DNA of 36,270 nucleotides from a virus (Duplodnaviria > Caudoviricetes). This document shows, one piece after another, positions 1-7,057 of the stretch. The notes under the pieces are model-generated. The model searched no databases. It saw only the letters and a program-made list of their open reading frames with translations, and was not told where the DNA came from. The position numbers were made by a program, and so were the translations under genes. Position 1 is the first letter of the stretch; each line of letters opens with the position of its first letter. The stretch covers positions 1 through 36,270 of IMG/VR virus record IMGVR_UViG_3300030606_000028, one strand, 5' to 3'.

Positions 1-272
1 GCGAGCTGAAAGCTCGCGGCAGAGAGGGCGCCCCTGGCTCTGGGGGATGGGGCCGGGGAGGTGGGCCAGCGCGAGCTGAAAGCTCGCGGCAGAGAGGGCG
101 CCCCTGGCTCTGGGGATGGAGCCGGGGGGTGGGCCAGCGCGAGCTGAAAGCTCGCGGCAGAGAGGGCGCCCCTGGCTCTGGGGATGGAGCCGGGGGGTGG
201 GCCAGCGCGAGCTGAAAGCTCGCGGCAGAGAGGGCGCCCCTGCGTCGGGGAATGGAGCCGGGGAGGTGGGCA
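1..272. repeat. Tandem array of 68-70 bp GC-rich units, each with a CGCGAGCT-GAA-AGCTCGCG hairpin; continues from the window end
   Basis: Units start at 1, 71, 139 and 207 (last one degenerate); the same units occur at 36080-36270. Confidence 0.95.
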
Positions 273-353
273 GGATGGCGGCAGGCGGCGGCGATGCCGC
301 CGCGTCTTCCCTGTCCCCGCCGTTGTTCAGGCGGGGCCGTCCGAGCCGCCGCC

Positions 354-388
354 AAAAAAAAGCCCCTGGGGGCCAAACCCCAGGGGAC
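354..388 (-). terminator. Intrinsic terminator of the adenine-free operon
   Basis: Minus strand CCCCTGGGG-tttggc-CCCCAGGGG followed by a run of 8 T, directly after the TAG at 391-389. Confidence 0.85.
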
Positions 389-907
389 CTAAAACAACGG
401 CGGCTGAGCGGCGACGGGGACCCAGCGCCACCCGGCCGCCCAGACCCCGCCGCCGGCCGCCACCCACGACCCGCCGGGCCAGGCCGGGAGGGCGGCGGGG
501 CCGCCGCACCAGAAAACCACGAGGGGATGACCCAAACCGGCGGCAAACGCCGACTCTGACCACGACCCTGACCCAAAGCCGCCCCAGCAACGGGACGACG
601 AGGCCGAGGGGACCAGCCCGGCCGGGCAGGGCCCCCCCACGAACGCGACGAACCCGCCAGGCGACGCCGCGACCAGGGCCGCCGCGCGGCGGGCAAAAGC
701 GGACCGACCCTGGCCCCACTGGCCAGAGGCGACGGCAAACACAGCCGCGCCAGGGGCGGCAGCGCGGACCAGGGCCGAAGCGCCGCGGCAGCAGGACACG
801 GCCAACGGCCGCCCGCCCAGGGCCGCGACCACCCGGCCGACCAGGCCCCCCCACGCGGGAGCCAGGGAGCGCGAGCCGCCCAGCCCGACCTGGGCCGGCC
901 CTAACAC
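389..907 (-). CDS. Adenine-poor gene C, ~172 aa, probable SLOG/DprA-like nucleotide-binding fold
   Basis: GTG start at 907 (or 910) overlaps the TAG of gene B in GTGTTAG; GGGGGT SD-like element upstream. Motifs VGLGGSRSL, VSCCRGASALVR, AFARRAAALV and GSGSWSESAFAAGLGHPLVVF resemble the SLOG pattern (GSR, GxAxGxD, RN, GSGT..A...G.PV.V). Confidence 0.7.
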   Translation of the reverse strand: MLGPAQVGLGGSRSLAPAWGGLVGRVVAALGGRPLAVSCCRGASALVRAAAPGAAVFAVASGQWGQGRSAFARRAAALVAASPGGFVAFVGGPCPAGLVPSASSSRCWGGFGSGSWSESAFAAGLGHPLVVFWCGGPAALPAWPGGSWVAAGGGVWAAGWRWVPVAAQPPLF

Positions 908-1200
908 CACACCCCCAGGGCGACCACGACCACCACCCGGCCGCGGCGGCGCACGGAGAAGCCCGGCGGCGGCGCACCCGACCGCGCCAACCGAGCCGCA
1001 GCGCCGGCCGAAGCCAAAACCACCCGCAACGAGACGGCCCCGCCGGGCCGGAGGCGCAACGACAGAGCGCGAACCCCCCAGGGCCGGGCCGCCAGAGCCA
1101 GAGCCCGCAGCCCGGCCAGGACCGCCGGCGACCCGACCCGGGCCAGGGCCGACCCCAGGGCCGGCGAACAACGACGAGGCAACCGGACGGCCCCTAACAC
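901..1200 (-). CDS. Adenine-free gene B, 99 aa hypothetical protein (Arg/Ala/Leu/Val-rich)
   Basis: GTG at 1200 overlaps the TAG of gene A (GTGTTAG); GGTGGT SD-like element upstream; no A on the coding strand between 1194 and 903. Confidence 0.6.
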   Translation of the reverse strand: MLGAVRLPRRCSPALGSALARVGSPAVLAGLRALALAARPWGVRALSLRLRPGGAVSLRVVLASAGAAARLARSGAPPPGFSVRRRGRVVVVVALGVWC

Positions 1201-1529
1201 AACGGACCACCACAGCCAAAAACCGGCCAGGGGGAACCAACCGGGGAGAGCACGGGAACGGACACAGCCCACAGCCCCGGCCCGGCCCGCCGCACGAACA
1301 CGGGAACCCCCAGGCGGGAGGCCCAGCCCGCCGCGCAAGACGCAGCGCGAGCAGGAGAGACAAACCGCAGCGAGCAAACCCACCCCGAAAAAGAACGAGA
1401 AGAACGGCGAACGACCCAACGGGAGAGCGCAGCCCGGGCCGGCCAAACAACGGCGGCGACCGACGGAGCCGCACCCGACCCCCCAGGGACCCACAAAAAC
1501 ACAGAAGACAAAGGAGACAAAGGAGACAC
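1194..1529 (-). CDS. Adenine-free gene A, 111 aa hypothetical protein
   Basis: GGGGTG-5 nt-GTG start at 1529, in frame with track ORF 1194..1643; its only A is in the TAG stop; protein-like segment WVVRRSSRSFSGWVCSLRF...VFVRR...WAVSVPV. Confidence 0.65.
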   Translation of the reverse strand: MSPLSPLSSVFLWVPGGSGAAPSVAAVVWPARAALSRWVVRRSSRSFSGWVCSLRFVSPARAASCAAGWASRLGVPVFVRRAGPGLWAVSVPVLSPVGSPWPVFGCGGPLC

Positions 1530-1590
1530 AGCAACACCCCACAAGCGCCCCACAGCGAGGGGGGAGGGCGCAACCCCCAGACACACACAC

Positions 1591-1600
1591 ATGATAACAC
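1591..1600 (-). promoter_or_regulatory. Extended -10 promoter (TGtTATCAT) of the adenine-free operon
   Basis: Minus strand GTGTTATCAT; its two A are the only minus-strand A between 1196 and 1646. Confidence 0.7.
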
Positions 1601-1620
1601 AAAGCGCACCAAAGAACCCA

Positions 1621-1658
1621 ACGGAAACCCCACGCAAACCCAACGCTTAGCCAACGAT
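1621..1658. promoter_or_regulatory. 11-bp-phased operator-like motif, copy 1
   Basis: ACG at 1621, 1632, 1643 and 1654; CCCAACGCTTAGCCAACGAT matches CCCTACGCTCAGCCTACGAT (2967) at 17/20. Confidence 0.5.
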
Positions 1659-2126
1659 GGAAACGCGAAACGGCCCGGCCCAGAGACAACCCACCTTTAG
1701 GAATTGAATCTACATCAACCCCCGGCGAACGCGACGACAACGACGGGGTAACGTTTCCGTTCCGTTAAAAAAAATAAAAAAAAAGGGGGGTGGAGGACCG
1801 GACCGGGCCAAGTCGTTAAGGTCGGACCGAGACGTTAAGGTGGGGCCGGGCGTTCGTTGTTTTTCGTTGTTTGTGGGTGGGGCCGGGCGTTAAGGTCGGG
1901 TTTTACCGATATGGTTGGGGCGTAGCAGAGCTAAGAGACCGGTCGGCGGGTTGAGCACCAAAAGAAAGGTTTGGGACCGCCGAGGCCCGCGCGGCGGTCG
2001 GGGGAGAATAAGTTACGAACGGCCGACCAGGGCCGGGGGACCGAGACGCTGGGGGCAATGGCTAATGTGGGCGCACGGCGCGGCTCGGAGCCGTGGCAGG
2101 CAAAGGGCGGTCGTCTCAACCCGGAG

Positions 2127-2157
2127 AATTAACAATTAAGAATTAAGAATTAAGAAT
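2127..2157. repeat. (AATTAAG)n heptamer repeat
   Basis: aattaac-aattaag-aattaag-aattaag; similar tracts at 7968-8003 and 30038-30081. Confidence 0.85.
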
Positions 2158-2262
2158 GGATTGATGGGTGGGGGGTGGCGGTTATATCATTAAGGTGGGG
2201 ATTTGTCAAGGGGGGCTTTGGTCCTACGAGGAGTGGAGCCGCAAGCGCCAGATGCGGAACGG

Positions 2263-2550
2263 CTAAACAATTTTTTTGGCTTCTTGTTCAAAATCTTGAA
2301 TCTGGCCGGTTTTTATATCCTCTATGAATTTTGTGTATCGTTCCCGGCGTAACCTGATGGCGCGCCGGAATTGGATTTCGGAGTGGAGCAGGGTCAGGAG
2401 CTTTTTGAGCGGGGTGAGGTATAGCTCGATTAGGGCCAGGTCTGAGAGGACCTTGAGCAGCCAGAAATATTTGGGTGGATAGGGGCTGAGGAGCATGACG
2501 ACCGAATCGAGCAGCAGCAGGGCCAGGCCGAGGTAGCCGTGGATTTTCAT
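2263..2550 (-). CDS. Small membrane protein with two hydrophobic segments
   Basis: 95 aa ORF coupled to the upstream gene; hydrophobic N-terminal half. Confidence 0.65.
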   Translation of the reverse strand: MKIHGYLGLALLLLDSVVMLLSPYPPKYFWLLKVLSDLALIELYLTPLKKLLTLLHSEIQFRRAIRLRRERYTKFIEDIKTGQIQDFEQEAKKIV

Positions 2551-2924
2551 TTGAGCAATTCCTCGACCTCTTCCTTATTAATACGCCACTCCTGGCCGAT
2601 CCCGACTTTGCGCCCCATCTTCCCGGCTCGGCACCAGCGCCGGATAGTTTCGCCGGTGACTCCCAGGATGGCGGCGGCCTGGATTGTGTCCATCTGGTCG
2701 GGCAGGTTGGTCGGGTCGATGCTGGGTGGGTCGGCTCGTTGGGCTTTGAGCACCTCTTTGGCCCAGGCTTGATCCGGGGCAGGGTGGCGGGTCCAGCCTG
2801 GCCCGCGCTGCCAGGTGGGTTTGCCGGTTAGTTCTTCCTGGCCAGGGGGGGGGTGGAGATGGACCAGGATACGGTGGCGGTGGGTGATTATGGTTTGTGG
2901 GCCTTTTTGGTAAATGTGTAGCAT
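2547..2924 (-). CDS. Excisionase/MerR-type HTH DNA-binding protein
   Basis: C-terminal MDTIQAAAILGVTGETIRRWCRAGKM...WRI; GGAGG SD; extended -10 TGtTATACT at 2949-2941. Confidence 0.8.
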   Translation of the reverse strand: MLHIYQKGPQTIITHRHRILVHLHPPPGQEELTGKPTWQRGPGWTRHPAPDQAWAKEVLKAQRADPPSIDPTNLPDQMDTIQAAAILGVTGETIRRWCRAGKMGRKVGIGQEWRINKEEVEELLK

Positions 2925-2940
2925 TTGTTCCTCCGGGGAT

Positions 2941-2986
2941 AGTATAACACAGGTCGTGTGATCGTACCCTACGCTCAGCCTACGAT
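2941..2986 (-). promoter_or_regulatory. Extended -10 promoter with upstream operator-like motif, copy 2
   Basis: GTGTTATACT on the minus strand; CCCTACGCTCAGCCTACG at 2967-2984 is identical to 35887-35904. Confidence 0.6.
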
Positions 2987-3206
2987 TTGGCCGGGGGTGG
3001 GGGTCGGGGGTGGGGAATTTTTGGGGGGTTCAATATTGGACCTGGTGGCGCCCGGCGCGGCGGCGTCAGCCGCCCGCGCCGGGCATCGGGGAGGGTTGGC
3101 CGGGCTACCCCCCCTATTCCCCCCGTTTACGGGGGGCTGGGGGGGTAGCCCGGCGTCGGGGAGGGTTGGCCTGGCGCGGCTGGCCGTCGCCCGGCGTCTA
3201 AGAGGG

Positions 3207-4919
3207 TTATTTCTTTTCCTGGGAAAACTCTTTCCAGCGCCGGCTAAGCTCCTGCAATTGGGCGGCCAGTTCGGGGTTGGGCTGTTCCTGCAGGATCTTG
3301 GCGGCCGCCTGCAGGCTCTCCTCGGCGCTGCGTTTCCAGATGGACGGCTCGAACTCCCGTTCCTCCAGGGTGTCCTGGATGATCCGGAGGTGGGCCTGGA
3401 GCTCCTCGTTGGGATCGTCGTCGCTGAGCCTGGCCAGGCGGCGGGTCTGGGCCAGGTCGAGTTTGACCTGGCCGACCCGGCTGCGGATATTGACCTGCCG
3501 CACGTTCATGCTGAGCGTGGCGAGCTCCCTGGCAATGGCCGGGTGGTCGGCCGGGGCCTCGCCTTGCGCGCCGCTGATGCGGTAGATGAGGGCGACGAAG
3601 GGAGCGATCTGCTTTGGTTCCAAATGAGATAAAGCTAAACGAAACTTGGTTTCGAGAGTGGTTCGGGTCTCTTCGAGGAACTGCCGGGCTTCGCGCTGCT
3701 GGCCGTCACGCCATTGGTGGTAGGCGGCGAGTTGTGGGTTAGCTTCGTAGTGGGTGGCCTGGTTTTGGTTGACGGCTGTGTGGTAACAGTCGCAATCTTT
3801 AGCCTGGCAACTGTAGTAGACGCCTGGAAATTGTTGGGGATCGGGTTGGGAGTTGTTGCCGCTGCGGTATGGGGAGTGTCTCAGGGCTAGATTAATGCAG
3901 CCTCCCTCGTAGCCCTGGGCAATTTCCAGGGCGCTGGGGCTAAGTTCGTATCCCCGGTGGATGGGGAGGTTGAACTTTTTGGAGGCGGCTTGTTCGACCG
4001 AGGTACGCCACGATTCGTATTTGGCTCTGCGCAGCGTGACGTCGGTGCAGTAATGCTGGCCGTTGTGCCGTACGTGGAGCGGGCACTGGTCGCACCTTGG
4101 GATGCACCCCTCCGGGAGGTCGATAAATTCCCGGTTCCAGACTTTGGACCAGTGAATGACCGGCTCCTCGATTTCGTGGAGAAAGTCCTGGAGTCTCCAT
4201 TTAACTCGGCTGGATAGGTTCCCGACTTGCCAGCCTTCTCTGGCGGCCTGCCGGGCCAGCTTGATAGCCTCGCCCGGCTGGTCCACGACCTGGACCAGGG
4301 GCAGTATCTCCCGGCCGTGTTTTTCGGTGAGAGCGCCGGTCCGGATTAGCTCCTGCACGGCTTCGGGGAGTTGGAGCAGTCGGCGCTTGTTGCTGACGGT
4401 GGACTCGGCCAGGCCCCACCCCTCCCCGACCTGTTTTGCGGTCCGATTGAATTTGTGTATGGCCATCTCAATGGCCCGCGCTTCCTCGATGGCGTTGAGG
4501 TTGGCCCGCCGGGCGTTCTCTGAAAAGGCGATATCGAAGATCGATTCGTCGTCGAGATAGACGAGGTCGATGGGTATCTCGGCCCAGTCCGGGTTGGTGT
4601 GGTCGAGGTTGTTGAGCCATTGGAAGGCTCTGAGCCGGCGGTGGCCGGCGGCTAACTGTACCCGGTGGTGGTGGAGTTCTTTGAGCAGGTTGGGCAGGCT
4701 GGTATGTTGGCAGTCGACGGTCGGGTTGATGATCTCCGGATTGGACTGAGATAGGATGACCCGGCCCAGGGGGATGTGGATCAGGCCGAGGGTGCTGGGA
4801 AGATCGGCCCGGCGCTGCTGGATATCGCGGGCTAACTCCTCGATGCCTTGGGGGTCGTAGGATAGCCGGGGTTGATATGGGTTGTCATCGATTTGGGTGA
4901 GGCTAACGTTTAGAATCAT
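3207..4919 (-). CDS. ParB/RepB/Spo0J-family protein with a long Cys-containing C-terminal extension
   Basis: IDDNPYQPR, AAGHRRLRAF, ENARRANLNAIEEARAI and a following HTH. Confidence 0.85.
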   Translation of the reverse strand: MILNVSLTQIDDNPYQPRLSYDPQGIEELARDIQQRRADLPSTLGLIHIPLGRVILSQSNPEIINPTVDCQHTSLPNLLKELHHHRVQLAAGHRRLRAFQWLNNLDHTNPDWAEIPIDLVYLDDESIFDIAFSENARRANLNAIEEARAIEMAIHKFNRTAKQVGEGWGLAESTVSNKRRLLQLPEAVQELIRTGALTEKHGREILPLVQVVDQPGEAIKLARQAAREGWQVGNLSSRVKWRLQDFLHEIEEPVIHWSKVWNREFIDLPEGCIPRCDQCPLHVRHNGQHYCTDVTLRRAKYESWRTSVEQAASKKFNLPIHRGYELSPSALEIAQGYEGGCINLALRHSPYRSGNNSQPDPQQFPGVYYSCQAKDCDCYHTAVNQNQATHYEANPQLAAYHQWRDGQQREARQFLEETRTTLETKFRLALSHLEPKQIAPFVALIYRISGAQGEAPADHPAIARELATLSMNVRQVNIRSRVGQVKLDLAQTRRLARLSDDDPNEELQAHLRIIQDTLEEREFEPSIWKRSAEESLQAAAKILQEQPNPELAAQLQELSRRWKEFSQEKK

Positions 4920-5115
4920 CGCTTTCTCCTTTTTGTATTTCTACTCTTTGTTTCCAGAAATGTGAGAACTCGTGTAACTCTTTTTCGAGGTGGAGTTGTG
5001 TTATGATTGAGGCGGTTACGACCATGGCGATTTCTTTCTCTGCCGGGCTTGGTGGTTTGTACTGAACGAGGGCGGCGATGAGAAGCTTTTTTTGGAGTGA
5101 GTTTAGTTCCTTCAT
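4903..5115 (-). CDS. Hypothetical protein (70 aa)
   Basis: ATG at 5115 with AAAGG SD; overlaps the start of the ParB-like gene. Confidence 0.55.
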   Translation of the reverse strand: MKELNSLQKKLLIAALVQYKPPSPAEKEIAMVVTASIITQLHLEKELHEFSHFWKQRVEIQKGESDDSKR

Positions 5116-5231
5116 CTGATTTGCCTTTCTAAGCCCCGTCCTGGGGCTTTTTAATTGAAATGTAATAGAACACAAATTCTTTTTTTTACGCTCGCTCAGC
5201 CGCACTGAGCGAGCGGTATGCTGGCCTCGAT

Positions 5232-5282
5232 GCCAGCCATAGGCCAGCGATAGGCCAGCATTAAAGCCAGCCATAGGCCAGC
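5232..5282. repeat. Five GCCAGC-core direct repeats at 11-12 bp spacing; candidate centromere (parS/parC)
   Basis: GCCAGC at 5232, 5243, 5254, 5266 and 5277, immediately downstream of the parA-RHH pair. Confidence 0.55.
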
Positions 5283-5294
5283 TTTGGGCCTGCG

Positions 5295-5690
5295 TTAAGG
5301 TTGGCTTTGAGACGAAAAAAAACTAAATTTGTCAGGTATCTCTAATTCCCATGTGACTCTGAGCGAGCGTGTGGGTCGCTTCATCTCTCCCAAGTCGATG
5401 TCTCCGCGCTGCCAGGCGGAGTGTAAAACGACAATAGCAAATTCGACCACGTTGGATAAAGAAATATCTTCGGCCTGGGCGATCTCTCGGATTAGCGATT
5501 GCCGGGCCAGGCTGACGTTGTAGGTGGCTCGCTCCCGGCCGGCCCGGTCGCGGCCTACGGTCCCGGCGTGGCCGGGTTTGCCGGCCCCGCGGCGTTTGCC
5601 CTCCTCGGCCTGGCGTTGGGCCCGGTCGAGTTGGTCTCGAACGAATGACGATTCGGGTTGGAGTCCTGAGCGTCGGGGTTTGTCGCTCAT
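5295..5690 (-). CDS. Ribbon-helix-helix partition adaptor (type Ib ParB/ParG-like)
   Basis: RERATYNVSLARQSLIREIAQAEDISLSNVVEFAI; translationally coupled to parA. Confidence 0.65.
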   Translation of the reverse strand: MSDKPRRSGLQPESSFVRDQLDRAQRQAEEGKRRGAGKPGHAGTVGRDRAGRERATYNVSLARQSLIREIAQAEDISLSNVVEFAIVVLHSAWQRGDIDLGEMKRPTRSLRVTWELEIPDKFSFFSSQSQP

Positions 5691-6439
5691 AGGCCGATCC
5701 GTTTCAGGACTGCGGCCAGGACCAGGGTATAGTCGTCGGTGGCCTGGGGGGCATAGCTCCAGATGGGTTTGCCGCTGCGTGGGGCCTCGGCAATAGCGAT
5801 GAGGCGGCGGATGGGGGGAAGAATAAAATTTCTAAAAATAGATGTTAGATCCTGGATGGTTTGGGCGTGCTCTTTGCTACGTGAGTCGATCAGAGTGGGC
5901 AGGATGCCAAGGAGCTTGAGATTGTATCCTTCTTTTTGGAGTTGGTCCAGGGTTGAGGTCAATCCTGATATGCCGGCCTCGCTGGCGTACTCGGGTGAGG
6001 CCGGAATAAGTAACCAGTCGGCGGCGCATAGCGCCGCCAACTGCAAGCTGGATAAGGTGGGTGCGGTGTCGATGATGATGATTCCGTTGGGGTTGTTTTT
6101 GGTGAAGGGGTAGAGGACTTCTCCTAAGATGATGGTTGGGTCGAGGAAGTTGCTGGTGCGTAGCATGGTCTCGACGTCGACGGTTCGTTGGTCGGAGCCG
6201 ATGACGCCGCATTTGTTGCCGGTTGGGAGTCTGATCACGTCGCTGAGTTTTGCGTCGGCGACGATTAGCTGATATAGGCCTGAGTAGGGTTCCATTCCTA
6301 GGAACTCTGTGACGTGTCCCTGGGGATCTGTGTCCACCAGGAGGGTTGGATATCCCAAGTCGGCGAAGCCCGTGGCCAGGGTGACCGCGGTCGTCGTCTT
6401 ACCTACTCCGCCTTTATGGTTGGCGATGGTTATTATCAT
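5687..6439 (-). CDS. parA: ParA/Soj-family partition ATPase
   Basis: Deviant Walker A KGGVGKTT, VDTDPQG and IIIDTAP. Confidence 0.93.
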   Translation of the reverse strand: MIITIANHKGGVGKTTTAVTLATGFADLGYPTLLVDTDPQGHVTEFLGMEPYSGLYQLIVADAKLSDVIRLPTGNKCGVIGSDQRTVDVETMLRTSNFLDPTIILGEVLYPFTKNNPNGIIIIDTAPTLSSLQLAALCAADWLLIPASPEYASEAGISGLTSTLDQLQKEGYNLKLLGILPTLIDSRSKEHAQTIQDLTSIFRNFILPPIRRLIAIAEAPRSGKPIWSYAPQATDDYTLVLAAVLKRIGL

Positions 6440-6472
6440 GTTGTTTTCTCCTTTGTTTGTTTTCTACTTCTT

Positions 6473-7057
6473 CTACTGTTCCCCCGTGTCCATCTGGGCC
6501 GCTGTCGCTGTGGGCGGCTGGTGTTTGGGAGGGGTAGAAGAAAAGATTGAATGATAATTATTAAAACAAATTTTACAGTAGTCTTCTGTCTTGATTTTGT
6601 GGGTAGCTTTGTTCCCACACTCGCACCATTTGTTTCCGCCGGTGAGTCGTTGCGGCCGGTCGTAGCCGCGCATGCGGCGGTACTGATAGCAGGCCTGGCA
6701 GTAGCCGCCTCGAGCGTTGGGTGCCCCCCGCCGGATGGGGTAGCGGCAGGAGGGGTTGCGGCAATGAGAGCGGGGGTTGTAGTTGTACTTGGGGCGCTCT
6801 TTCCCGTGCCGGTTGAGGTATTTGGCGCAGGCCAGGCAGCGGCCTCGGACCCGGGCGATTTTTCCGCCGCAATTTTTACATAGGGGCCGGGGGTCGTGGC
6901 ACACGTTGCAATGATTGGGCCGGGTGGTCCAGTGTCCCTCGGGGCAGCGCCGTAGGGGCCGATCCCGGCCGGTGCGGTATAGATACTGGAAGCATGCCTG
7001 ACAGCGGTCGCGGCCGTAGATCTCTCCGGAGTGACAATGTGTGCAGGTTTTTGTCAT
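6473..7057 (-). CDS. Repetitive Cys-rich zinc-finger protein
   Basis: Three repeats of CxxC...RGxCxACyqYxxxxGxxRP plus further CxxC pairs. Confidence 0.7.
   Translation of the reverse strand: MTKTCTHCHSGEIYGRDRCQACFQYLYRTGRDRPLRRCPEGHWTTRPNHCNVCHDPRPLCKNCGGKIARVRGRCLACAKYLNRHGKERPKYNYNPRSHCRNPSCRYPIRRGAPNARGGYCQACYQYRRMRGYDRPQRLTGGNKWCECGNKATHKIKTEDYCKICFNNYHSIFSSTPPKHQPPTATAAQMDTGEQ

Noticed and set aside
1-272. CRISPR array
   Set aside because: Units are near-identical end to end with no unique spacers, and there are no core cas genes.
184-1197. Long plus-strand ORFs (116..559, 184..1197)
   Set aside because: The plus strand lacks T, so stop codons cannot occur. The products are low-complexity, and promoter and terminator point to the minus strand.
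389-1740. Full-length minus-strand ORFs 389..1654, 901..1740, 1194..1643 and 327..977 as called in the track
   Set aside because: All frames stay open because A is absent. The first three start upstream of the -10 box; the coupled three-gene parse fits the SD and junction evidence better.
2958-3632. 224-aa plus-strand ORF
   Set aside because: Antisense to the ParB-like gene, runs through REP-like repeats and has no motif.
5179-5217. Terminator at the CGCTCGCTCAG/CTGAGCGAGCG hairpin
   Set aside because: The hairpin is real, but it has no downstream U-tract on either strand; function unknown.
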